This document shows, piece after piece, positions 11,067 to 21,828 of a stretch of 37,482 nucleotides of DNA. The notes under the pieces were generated by a model. That model saw only the letters and a program-made list of their open reading frames with translations. It ran no database searches and was not told the origin of the DNA. Every line of letters begins with the position of its first letter. Positions within the stretch are counted from its first letter, which is position 1. The position numbers were made by a program, and so were the translations under genes. The stretch is from assembly GCF_006345805.1 (NCBI RefSeq), contig NW_021835897.1, forward strand, positions 1 through 37,482, read 5' to 3'. This DNA comes from Octopus sinensis (taxonomy: Eukaryota).

Positions 11067-11080
11067 TATGCACACACATA
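11067..11080. repeat. Target-site duplication of RTE element (TATGCACACACATA)
   Basis: Identical to 7088-7101. Confidence 0.9.
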
Positions 11081-11204
11081 CAGAAACGCGCGCGCGCACA
11101 CACACACACACACACATACATTTACATATACACGCACATATGAATATTTTGTTCCTCACCAGAGTTGTGTAGGATAGGACATGTAGGATAGAAGCTGAGA
11201 GCGG

Positions 11205-11434
11205 CAACAACGATGGTAATGATGATGATGATGGTGATGATGATGATGATGGTTTTGCAGGTGATGGTGGTGGTAGTGGTACTGCTGTTGGTGTTGGTGT
11301 TGTTAGTGGTGGTGATGGTGATGGTGCTGGTGGTAGTATAGATGGTGGTGGTGTGGGGCATCGGCGGCGGTGGCAGCTATGATGATTGTGATAATGACGA
11401 AACTGACGTTGATGATAATAATGACGATGATGAC

Positions 11435-11469
<35 letters not shown>

Positions 11470-11712
11470 CTATATTGGTGGCAATGGTAACGATGGTGCC
11501 ACAGCTGATGAAATCGATGATGGCGTCCACAACAACAGCAACAACAACAACTACAACGACGACAATGTCGAGGAAACCTTTGCAGTGTGCTACGGCATCC
11601 AAGTCCGTTTTTTCTTTCTTTCTTTTCTAACCAATCCACGTACGATGTTCTTGTTATTGTTGTCGTCGTCGTCCTCGTTGTTGCTGTTGTTGCTATTGTT
11701 GTTCTGCTGCTG
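11205..11712. repeat. Trinucleotide mosaic (GAT/GGT/AAC/TTG)
   Basis: Direct reading; source of poly-H/D/M/V ORFs. Confidence 0.93.
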
Positions 11713-12029
11713 CTCAGTTATTGCAAAACATTGAATTCAGGTAATATCAAACCGAAAGACTGATATTTCGAGCCAACCAAATTCCCTATAGATGTCTGAG
11801 ATGAATTCAGATATTTCTTTAAAAGATATTGACAGATATTGGCAGCTCATTCGTTCTTTATTCTCAGACCGAATCTTTCCATGTTGTACTTCTTTAATTT
11901 CCATCTTATTTGTTGTTGTTGTTGTCGTTATTTTCTGGCCATTGCTAATTGCTAGAATTTGTAGCTCTTGGAGGGAGATGGAAGAACAAAAGTGATTTAA
12001 GTAAAATAAAATAGTGTACATGTGTATGT

Positions 12030-12071
12030 GTATAAATATATATATATATATATGGTATATATATATGTATA

Positions 12072-12164
<93 letters not shown>

Positions 12165-12168
12165 ACAT

Positions 12169-12199
<31 letters not shown>

Positions 12200-12208
12200 T
12201 GGTATATA

Positions 12209-12245
<37 letters not shown>

Positions 12246-12297
12246 CATATATATATATAATATATATATTATTGGAATATATATATATATATATATG
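12030..12297. repeat. Long degenerate (TA)n
   Basis: Direct reading. Confidence 0.97.
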
Positions 12298-12399
12298 TCT
12301 TGATATTAACTCTCACGCGCACTCTTCACCTTTCTGTCCCATCCCTATTCTTTGATTTTCTTTTTCCCCCACTTAACTTGTCTCTTCCTCTCTCTCTCA

Positions 12400-13124
12400 T
12401 TCGTCACTCTCTCTCTACCCCTCACCATTCTTCATGGTCTCCTCGCAGCCTTTCCCCTTCTTCTCTCCCTTCCTCTTGCTCCTCCTCCCCCCTTCCCGTC
12501 GTCCACCCGCGACGATACTTCCGCCCTGACTGTCTTTTTGGCCTGGCCTTCAAGGTAACTGGACGACATTCTTCCTGCTCTCCTGTCGTTCACAAAAAAT
12601 TCTGCGTTTGCAATACTTTTTTCGTTCGGCGTCAACAGCCCTTCTTATCTTGTTTTTCCCTGTCCTGTCTTTTACTGTTATATTTTTTTACTGTTTATAT
12701 TTTTTTACTGTTTATTTTTTTACTGTTTATATTTTTGTACTGTCGTTACTGTCCTGTTTTTTACCATTTTTTTACCATTTTTTACACCTCTGCGAAAAGA
12801 TCTCAGAATTTTAATTGATTTGCTTTTCGCAGGAAGGAAAGTTTCTTGTCGAAGATACGTCTCACTTTTATCCTTCGAAACGTAGAGTAGATGAAACCTT
12901 AGCGACTGAAGAAGGGTTTTTTTCGTTGTGTTAATTGTCCTGTACTCCTTTTTTGTTGTTTTTAAAAAATGTCCAGGTCCTTGGTTTGTGTCTATGTTTT
13001 CGTTTCTCTTTGTGTTCGACGTCCCTTTGGTGTCCTGTACTCATATATGCGTGTATATGTACATGTAGAGGTAGGTAAGTACATATATGTTTATATATAT
13101 ATATGCATATGTTTTATTTCATTA

Positions 13125-13125
<1 letters not shown>
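12400..13125 (+). mobile_element. TA-anchored interspersed repeat, inverted relative to 14308-14980
   Basis: Shares gaagatacgtctc..ttcgaaacgtagagtaga..gcgactgaagaaggg..gtcctgtactc with the reverse complement of 14308-14980; boundaries approximate. Confidence 0.8.
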
Positions 13126-13167
<42 letters not shown>

Positions 13168-13325
13168 CATATAATATATATTGGTCAAATGATGTTGATA
13201 CCTCTGCTGAGTTCCGCAAATCGATTCAGATTGTTCGTGACTGTCTTTAACGGCGGTGCATCAGCATGGCCGCAGCTATGAACTGAAACTACAGCAATAT
13301 ATTTATATATATATATATATATATA

Positions 13326-13457
13326 TTGTACTTGTTTCAGTCATTTGACTGCGGCCATGCTGGAGCACCGCCTTTAGTCGAGCAAATCGACCCCGGGACT
13401 TATTCTTTTTGTAAGCCCAGTACTTATCCTATCGGTCTCTTTTTGCCGAACCGCTAA
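13326..13457 (-). mobile_element. SINE family A, 3' part
   Basis: Reverse complement of ttagcggttcggcaaaa...ggcggtgctccagcatggccgcagtcaaatgactgaaacaag, a tail shared with 18040-18225, 18480-18540 and 31725-31915. Confidence 0.85.
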
Positions 13458-14235
13458 ATGCATACACATGCCCGTGCACACACATACATATATGCATATG
13501 TATGTATATCGTTTGCATTTTAGTTGAAGGTAGGATGGAGAAAAAATTACTGAATCCGGTGAGAGATAAATATTATTTGATATACACAATTTGCAAAAGA
13601 GCTACTGATAGTTCCATGCTTTCTAGATACAATAAATTGGCAGAATAATACAACATACCATGTATCTGGAACCAATTTGACAGGCTCAGTTCATATCGTC
13701 AGATGTATATAACAACCAGAGCGTTTGTCTATGCGGAAACATGAGAAAAAAAAAGCGAAGTGAAAAATATAGAGAAGGTGAACGCGAAAATGTGGAACAA
13801 TAAGAAAACCAAGGTAGCTAAGATTTACAATTAATTTAACTGGCGACTAAGTCTGTGAGATAGCTATTCAGTTCATAGTTTTGTAGACTGGCTTTTAAAA
13901 TTTTGAAGTGTTCTGTTTTCTGGAGAAGTAAAGATGCTACTGATGTAGAATTTATCAACATTAACTGTTGGTTAAGCAAGTGAAGAGACAGGATATTATT
14001 GGCTAAGCAGGTAAAAATTCAGAAATACTTTATTATCAATACCACCGCCGCTGCTGGACAATTTTCGGCTGCTGCTGATGTTTTGCTGCTGTTTTTATTT
14101 TTAACACTATGCGTCTATATCAGGTGCTATCACGAGACGAACACTGCTGTTTTGCGGGCTTTCAGCGATGTTCATACGTCAAGCATGATACCCAGATCTG
14201 TGTATGTGTGTGTGTGCGCGCACGCGTGTATGTGT

Positions 14236-14277
<42 letters not shown>

Positions 14278-14307
14278 ATATATTATATATTATATATATA
14301 TATATAT

Positions 14308-14980
14308 ATTAATAAATAAAACATATGCATATATATATACATATATGTACGTACCTACCTCTACATGTATATATACACGCATATATGAGTACAGGACACC
14401 AAAAAAACGTCGAACACAATGAGAAACGAAAACATAGACACAAACCCAAGGAACTGGACATTTTTCTTAAACAACAAAAAATAGAGTACAGGACAAATAA
14501 CACAAGGAAAAAACCCCTTCTTCAGTCGCCATGGTTTAATCTACTCTACGTTTCGAAGGTGAAGGCGAGACGTATCTTCGATAGAAACTTTCCTTCCTGC
14601 GAAAAGCAAATCAAATAAAATCTGAGATCTTTTTGCAGAGGGGTAAAAATGGTAACAAAAACAGGACAGTAACGACAGTACAAAATATAAGCAGTAAAAG
14701 ACAGGACAAGGAAAATAACAAGACAAGAAGGGCTGTTAAGCCGAACGAAAAAAAGTATTACGAATGCTATTTCTGTGGACAGCGAAGAGAGCAAAGAAAA
14801 TTGCCGTCCACACCTCAAGAAGGTGAGGCGAGAAAGAAGGTGGCAAGGCTCTCGTCGCGGGTTAACGGCGGAGGGAGGAGGAGGAGTAAGAGAAATGGAG
14901 AGAAGAAAGGGGAATGGTTGTGAGGAAATCAGAAAGAATGAAGAATGAGAGAGAGAGAGTGAAGAATGAGAGAGAGGGAT
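14308..14980 (-). mobile_element. TA-anchored interspersed repeat, inverted copy of 12400-13125
   Basis: Diverged homolog in opposite orientation, between (TA)n tracts. Confidence 0.8.
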
Positions 14981-15049
14981 ATATATATATACACTATATA
15001 TGTATATGTATATATATATACATATATATATACACTATATATGTATATG

Positions 15050-15083
<34 letters not shown>

Positions 15084-15103
15084 TATACTATATATGTATA
15101 TGT

Positions 15104-15153
<50 letters not shown>

Positions 15154-15172
15154 CACTATATATGTATATGTT

Positions 15173-15207
<35 letters not shown>

Positions 15208-15224
15208 CACCATATATGTATATG

Positions 15225-15268
<44 letters not shown>

Positions 15269-15365
15269 CATACATACGTATATGGGTGTGTATGCGTATG
15301 TGTGTATGTGCGTATATGTGTGTGTGTTTGTGTGTTTGTGTGTTTGTCTGTCTCTGTGTGTGTAC
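14980..15365. repeat. Compound (TA)/(TATATG)/(TG) microsatellite
   Basis: Direct reading. Confidence 0.95.
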
Positions 15366-15676
15366 ATTCCAGAAGTCTTGGAGCTTTTTCAGGGAAGACA
15401 TTTATTAATCTCAAAATGAGTACAAAACTCTAATCTCTTTCATAGCAGGATATTCTGACCTCAATGCACACATTGCAGCACTTTACCCACTACCTGAAGG
15501 CCCCATTGAAATAAAGGTGTCCAGGACTTGTCACAACTTCGTTCTCTTCTCCTTCGGCTTGGCGAAGAACCGAAATTTAATTGAGCAAGGTCTGGACTGT
15601 AGGGAGAGTTTTAATGCGCATCCCTTTCAAGTGGTTGGTTACCAGGATGGAATTGTGGACTGACACATTGTCCTGG
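15362..15676 (-). pseudogene. Mariner transposase C-terminal relic and 3' end
   Basis: Minus strand QDNVSVHNSILVTNHLKGMRIKTL-PYSPDLA (15583-15675) matches mariner DNA..H / PYSPDLAP; downstream GAF..W..C..CIE...Y-like tail with frameshifts and stops. Confidence 0.8.
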
Positions 15677-15697
15677 TACACGTGCAGATTAATCAAT

Positions 15698-15809
15698 TGG
15701 TACTTAATTTATCGACCGCGAAAGGATGAAAGGTGAAGTCGACCTCGGCGGACAATAATGATATATTAAAATTACAATGATTTTGAACAGTTATAACTGT
15801 CTCCTTCAA
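15698..15809. repeat. ~112-bp direct repeat copy 1 (SINE B fragment plus unique flank)
   Basis: Near-identical to 16417-16527 across the SINE/non-SINE junction. Confidence 0.88.
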
Positions 15810-16084
15810 GACCTCCTTCTGGCTAGAAGTAATCCAGCCGATGTAGATGGTGTCTGGACTGGCTTTGTCTGGACTCTTGTGCCAGCGAAAAGCAGATGCT
15901 CGTACAAGTTAACTCATAAGCAATCTGAAGAATTTCACAAGATGCTATAGCGTTTTGTTGCCCAGGCAATAGCAAGCCTCCAAACTGCCTTCACTTTTCG
16001 TCTGCTTTCTGCAAATTAGTCAGCTTTAAACAAGCAGGGTATAATAGGTTGTACAGTTCTTTGTTTAAGAGATGAGGAATTATG

Positions 16085-16241
16085 TACATTATTCACATTA
16101 TTTACATTAATTACATTTGACAGATATTTGTATCCATCTTGTTTGTTGTTAACACAACAACCGAAACGTTGTGTTAACAACAAACAAGACGAGGACAAAT
16201 ATCCGTCAAATGTAAATAATGTAAACAATGTAAATAATGTA
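16085..16241. repeat. Imperfect hairpin, ~74-bp arms, 9-nt loop, TGTAAAYAA subrepeats
   Basis: tacattattcac...gttaacacaac / aaccgaaac / gttgtgttaac...gtaaataatgta. Confidence 0.9.
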
Positions 16242-16334
16242 TATAATAGATTGTGTTGAAAGTGCTGTTATATCTCCGTCGTTCTGGATCTATAAAGAAA
16301 TTTGGCAGGCCTACTTATGATATATACAGTAAGG

Positions 16335-16527
16335 ATATATTTTTTTCGACTCAAGGCACAAGGCTCAAAAATTTGGGGGAGAGGCCCAGTCGATTAGATC
16401 GGCCCCAGTACATAACTGGTACTTAATTTATCGACCGCAAAAGGATGAAAGTCGAAGTCGACCTCGGTGGACAGTAATGATATATTAAAATTACAATGAT
16501 GTAGAACAGTTATAACTGTCTCTTCAA
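16335..16527 (-). mobile_element. SINE family B fragment including direct repeat copy 2 (16417-16527)
   Basis: ggtacttaatttatcgacc..aaggatgaaag..aagtcgacctcgg shared with 19285-19475, 20436-20615 and 34330-34542. Confidence 0.85.
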
Positions 16528-16554
16528 TACAAGTTTGAAAACTTCTTGAATGCA

Positions 16555-16905
<351 letters not shown>

Positions 16906-16995
16906 AACAGGCGTAGTCTTGGAACCCTTACCTTAAAATTCATTGACCTATTATCAAAATAGTGACAAATATATTACAATAGGTTGGAAACGTCT

Positions 16996-17035
16996 GTAAC
17001 CATGACAACGGCACTACGTCATCACATTGACGTCA
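16996..17035. promoter_or_regulatory. Candidate RFX X-box plus CRE module
   Basis: GTAACCATGACAAC (16996-17009) fits X-box GTHNYYATRRNAAC; TACGTCA (17015-17021) and full TGACGTCA (17028-17035). Confidence 0.35.
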
Positions 17036-17814
17036 CTTCGAATTCCTCACACCTTTTCCCTCTCTATTGAATTATTGTACAAAGCGATATTATGTAATTT
17101 CCCGACAACATTATTTCTCGTTATTGTTTTCGACGTCGGCATCGTCGCCACTGTTGCTGTTTTGTTGCTGCTGTTATTATTGTTTTTGTTGTAGATAAGG
17201 TTTTGTCGCGGGTCAGTTTTCATCGGACAGGGCTCTGATCAATAGTTTTCCGGCCGTGATTATCCCGTCGAAATTTTAACTATAATATATTTCGGGTTAC
17301 ATTTGAAATGTGTTCCATCCTCCTTCATCTCGGTAGATCGTGATTAGAGAGAAGTCTAGCTGTTATTTCTAACATAAATAAGAACCACATAAAAGTCCTA
17401 TCACCGCATAAAAGACTGCCTGTCTGGTTGCGTGGCTGTGTGGTTTTTTGACACTGTTCGGCTCTTTTAGAAAACATTAGTATAAAAATTTATATTTATT
17501 CATGAGTTGCGGATTTGTTTGGATAGGAATGTATCTGCTGCATATCATATTTCACATCCCACTCTTATCCCTCATAATCCCATGATATACAATATTCCAC
17601 TTTGTATGAATTATTAAAGCTCTAAATACAACTTCATTTATTTATTTATTTATTTATTTGTTTATGTATTTATTTATTTTTAGATGCTAAATATATGTCT
17701 AGATATAGATGCAAACGGGATTGTGTGATCGTGAAGTTTACATTGCAGCCACATACTTTAGGATTTAGCCCCATTATGCAGACCGAAACTGTGTGGAAGC
17801 CTAGTGTATACATA

Positions 17815-17867
<53 letters not shown>

Positions 17868-18039
17868 AAAGTGGTACAAAAGTATGAAAAAGTATGAAAA
17901 AAGTAAATACACACAATACTCACAATACTCACATTTTTTATGTGAGTACAGGGTACCTACTTTTTCGCCCCACCGTATATATTGGTCTCTTATATATGTG
18001 TATATATATATATGGGTGGGCGTCTCTGTTTTTCTTTTG

Positions 18040-18225
18040 ATTTGTCAACCAGTGTTGATTTGCCTACATCTCCATGACGCAGTAGTTCGGTAAAAGAAAC
18101 TGATAAAATAAATATAGGATTTGAAAAAGAAAAATTACTGGATTCGATTTTCTCAACTTGAACCCTTCAAGATGGTGCCCCAGCACGGCTGCTGTCCAGT
18201 GACTGAGACAAGTAGAAGGTTAAAA
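18040..18225 (+). mobile_element. SINE family A-like 3' part, degenerate
   Basis: cttcaagatggtgccccagcacggctgctgtccagtgactgagacaagtagaagg tail homology. Confidence 0.7.
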
Positions 18226-18238
18226 AAAAGCATATGTG

Positions 18239-18540
18239 CGTGCGTGTCTGTGTGGTAAGTAACTTGCTTACCAACGACATGGTTCCGGGTTCAGTCCCAC
18301 TGCGTGGCACCTTGGGCAAGTGTCTTCTACTATCGCCTCGGGCCGACCAAAGCATTGTGAGACGGAAACTGAGAGAAGCCCGTCGTATATATATGTATAA
18401 ATATATATATATGTTTGTATGTGTGTGTGTATGTATGTATGTATTTGTGTGTCTATGTTTGCCCCTCTCCTCCCAATATTGCTTGACAACCGATGCTGGT
18501 GTTTTTGCGTCCCCTTAACCTAGCGGTTCGGCAAAATAGT
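18239..18540 (+). mobile_element. tRNA-derived SINE family A
   Basis: Head with A/B-box-like tgtgtggtaag..ggttccgggttcagtccc, ccttgggcaagtgtctt core, internal TA/TG run; homologous to 37275-37482. Confidence 0.9.
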
Positions 18541-18756
18541 CCATCGCAGCGTTACTCAAAAGACGGGAAGAGAGAGTGAGAGAAAGTTATGGCGAAAGAG
18601 TATAACAGGGGTCTCCACTACCCCCTGCCGGAGCCTCGTGGAGCTTTTTAGGTGTTTTCGCTCAATAAACACATACAACGCCCGGTCTGGGAATCGAAAC
18701 CGCGATCCTCTGACCGCGAGTCTGCTGCCCTAACCACTAGGCTATTGCGCCTCCAC
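18541..18756 (-). mobile_element. tRNA-derived SINE family C
   Basis: Minus head gtggaggcgcaaTAGCCTAGTGGttaggg...GGTTTCGATTCCcag (A and B boxes). Confidence 0.88.
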
Positions 18757-18761
18757 TAAAA

Positions 18762-19013
18762 TAAATGCGCCCTTTTAAAGCCTCGCCAGGCTCATGGCCC
18801 CGGTTTTCCGGTTTCAATGGCGTATGTGTTCCCCAGTTGGACGGGACGCCAGTCCATCGTAGCGTTACTCATTTTTGCCAGCTGAGTAGACTGGAGCAAC
18901 GTGAAATGAAGTGTTTTGCTCAAGAACACAACGCGTCGCCCGGTTCAGGAATCGAAACCACAATCTTACGATCATTGTGCTGACACCCTAATTACTAAGC
19001 CACGCGCATCCAC
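18762..19013 (-). mobile_element. tRNA-derived SINE family C, second adjacent copy
   Basis: Minus head ..ggtttcgattcctgaacc.., core gttcttgagcaaaacacttcatttcacgttgctccagtctactcagctg; homologous to 25990-26205. Confidence 0.88.
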
Positions 19014-19284
19014 CAAGAAATATTTAGCGAATATTTATGAAGCTTTTGCTTTAAAAGTAATTATGGCATTCATCAGTCAAAGTTGTCCATGAATTTTTTC
19101 ATGTATGTGCGGAGTAAGGTTTTTTTTAAAAGGAAGATTAACAGCTGTCGTTTTATGTAAGTATCTCCTCTCCACGCCTCTGATGATCAAAAGGAAAGGC
19201 TGTCAATCTTCAGCCGACACAGCTTGGCAGCAGCGTCGTCGCGATCATTGCTGTCAGGATCCGACGAGCTGAACGAGATGGTCT

Positions 19285-19675
19285 TTTCTACTCTGGACAC
19301 AAGGCTCGAAATTTTGGGGGAGGGGGCCAGTCGATTAGACCGACCAAGTACGTGACTGGTACTTAATTTATCGACCCCGAAAGGATGAAAACCAGAGTTG
19401 ACCTGGGCAGAATTTGAATTCAGAACGTAAAGACAGACGAAATACGGTTAAGCATTTTCACTCGGCGTGCTAAGAGCTGAACCAGATATTGAAAAGCATC
19501 ACGCTTGAAACTCTAACGGTTCTGCCAACCCAGTGCCTTGAACTGATACTTGTTTTTATCGACTCCGAAAAGCTGAAAGATAAAGTCGACCTCGGCAAGA
19601 TTTGATCTTAGATCGCAAAGCATTAGAACAAAAAACATGAAGCATGCTAACACTTAAAGAACTCTGCCAGTTCGT
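19285..19675 (-). mobile_element. Two adjacent SINE family B fragments
   Basis: Repeated ..tatcgacccc/tccgaaa..gatgaaa..gtcgacctcggc..gaatttgaa.. blocks at about 19285-19475 and 19505-19675. Confidence 0.82.
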
Positions 19676-19832
19676 TGCACGTTTATCTGTTAGATATTAC
19701 ATGAGGTTTTACTAAGTATGAGGCTTATGGATGATAAAATATTTGTTTTATGTATGAATAATTCCCGTAATCCTCCCGCAATCATAAAAACATTTCGTTG
19801 GCTTAAATGTCCCCAACCTTTCATTTTGTATC

Positions 19833-20090
19833 ATGAAAATTGTTCGAAAACAATTATTCGAAACCAATTATTCGAAAAACAGTTATTCGAAATAAATATC
19901 ATTTTTGTACTTGGGTTTTAATTTTATATTTTTGTTTAAATAAAATTAAAGAATTTAGAATAATTAGCATTTCCTATAATTGTCCTTTCGAATAATTTTC
20001 ATTCATACAATTTTCCATTCGAATAAATGTTTTTCGAACAACTCTTTTCGAATCATTGTTTTCGAACAATTATTTTGGAACAATGTTCAC
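19833..20090. repeat. Foldback-like element with inverted arrays of ~14-15-bp TTCGAA units
   Basis: Four units attgttcgaaaaca-like (19833-19892) and ~6 inverted units (19987-20090) around an AT-rich spacer. Confidence 0.75.
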
Positions 20091-20343
20091 GTAATCTTTC
20101 ATTTGGCAGAGCTGTATTCAGTTGAGTCTCTCTTCTGTTATAATGTTTTATTAATAAGAATTGGCAACAAACAAAAATTTGGAGAAACTGCTTCACAGAT
20201 AGTAAATGTAGACAAAAAACGCTATCTGTGGACTCCATTTTTATAGTTTGTGTGGTGCATTCAATATAGTTGGTTATTTCCTTTTGGGGATAAGAAAACA
20301 TTTCCCTCTAAAACATAAATATCATATGCTCTTCAATTGGAAA

Positions 20344-20416
20344 CGTGTTAAGATTAACTACAGTTAGATTAACTACCTAGATTTGTCGTGTTAAGATTAA
20401 CTACCTAGATTTGTCG
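20344..20416. repeat. Short tandem duplication of gtgttaagattaactac(ctagatttgtc)
   Basis: Direct reading, 2-3 partial copies. Confidence 0.85.
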
Positions 20417-20435
20417 CTCCATAAATATCCATATT

Positions 20436-20615
20436 TTGGGAAGGGAGCCAGTTGATTAGATCGACCCCAGTACGCAACTGATACTTAATTTATCGACCCC
20501 GAAAGGATGAAAAGCAATGTAGACCTCGACGGAATTAGAACTCAGAATGTAAAGACAGACGACATACCGCTAAGCATTTCCCCCGGTGTGCTAACGTTTC
20601 TGCCAGCTGGCCGCC
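20436..20615 (-). mobile_element. tRNA-derived SINE family B
   Basis: Minus head ggcggccagctggcagaaacgttagcac...gagttctaattcc; body homologous to other B copies. Confidence 0.88.
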
Positions 20616-21164
20616 CTTTCAGATAATATTTTTAAGCGAAAAGAAACTAGAACGAGGTAATATAATGGTGATCAGTCTCGTTCAGAAATGCACTGGGGGA
20701 GATATCTATCCCTGAATGATCGGGCAGAGTTTTCCCTTTGAGTGGTGGCTATGGCGAAAGAGGTGGACAAATTTGAAAGAACTGAGCCCAGATACTTTCC
20801 CCTTCTGCTAAGTTTTTATCATTTTCAAGCGCTATTGATAAAGAAAGATGGCTGACGTGACAGACAGACAGACAGAGCGATTCAGTTAATTCATTAAAAA
20901 GTTGGTGAGTTTCAAGTGTGATTTGTATGAATAGGCTAACATTCAGCCACCTCCTACAGACAGGAGAACCACAATTGGGGTTGTTGTCCCTAAATGGTTC
21001 GTTTCGTGTCTTTTCCTAAGTGTAACCTTATTTTACACACCTTTTTTGTCCAAATCGATTGAATGTAGACCTGCTCCATTTTGCTGATTCGTCCTTCTTA
21101 TGTCTTCTCATGCTTTCACTATTGTTGCATAAACTGAAGTAAATATTGCTGTAACTAGTGTTGA

Positions 21165-21335
21165 TATTGGGATTATTATTATTGTTGGTGGTGGTGGTAG
21201 TGCTGTTGTTGTTGTTTTCTTGTTGTTGTTCTTGTTGTTGTTGTTGTTGTTGTTGTTCTTCTTCTTCTTCTTCTTCTTTTTCTTCTTCTTCTTGTCACTA
21301 CAACTGCTTATATTGATGGTGGTGGTAACGATGTA
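21165..21335. repeat. Trinucleotide mosaic (ATT/GGT/TTG/TTC)
   Basis: Direct reading. Confidence 0.93.
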
Positions 21336-21500
21336 GTTACTGTTACTCTGTATTCCTTTTGATTGCCACTGCAGAAGACACAATCCCATTATATACATAC
21401 ATACATATATACATACATACATACATACATACATACATACATACATACATGCATATATAAATTATATATATGTATGTATATATATGTGTGTGTGCGTGTA

Positions 21501-21605
21501 TTTATTAAAAGCAGCAGAAATATCACAAAATATCATGTTCCCGACAAACAGGAATGTGAAACTCTGAGTAACAGTTTTTGTGATATTTCTGCTGCTTTTA
21601 ATAAA
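21501..21605. repeat. Perfect 30-bp inverted repeat with 45-bp spacer (MITE-like)
   Basis: tttattaaaagcagcagaaatatcacaaaa (21501-21530) / ttttgtgatatttctgctgcttttaataaa (21576-21605). Confidence 0.92.
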
Positions 21606-21796
21606 ACATATTACTCTATCTCTGGTATTTGAGTCCTTTTTTTCCCACCTTGTTTCACATTTATGTGATTACTCCGGTACATGTATGTATGTATGTATGT
21701 ATGTATGTATGTATGTATGTATGTATGTATGTATGTATGTATGGTATGTGTATATATGTATGTATATATATATATATATATAATATATATATCTAT

Positions 21797-21828
<32 letters not shown>

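Noticed and set aside
11737-12021. 94-aa minus ORF (..EISEFISDIYREFGW..)
   Set aside because: No recognisable family; spans a TTG repeat.
12870-12920. GAAACGTA...CTGAAGA as a type-II hammerhead
   Set aside because: No helix I between the cleavage triplet and CUGA box.
15810-16080. Complex stretch with faint LINE-like peptides on minus strand
   Set aside because: Stops present and no diagnostic motif could be aligned.
18680-18756. tRNA-like sequences with A and B boxes (also 20560-20615, 34460-34542, 37275-37330)
   Set aside because: They are SINE heads continuing into shared bodies; no complete cloverleaf.
19833-20090. TTCGAA array as heat-shock elements or CRISPR
   Set aside because: HSEs need TTCnnGAA spacing; no unique spacers, no cas genes, eukaryotic context.
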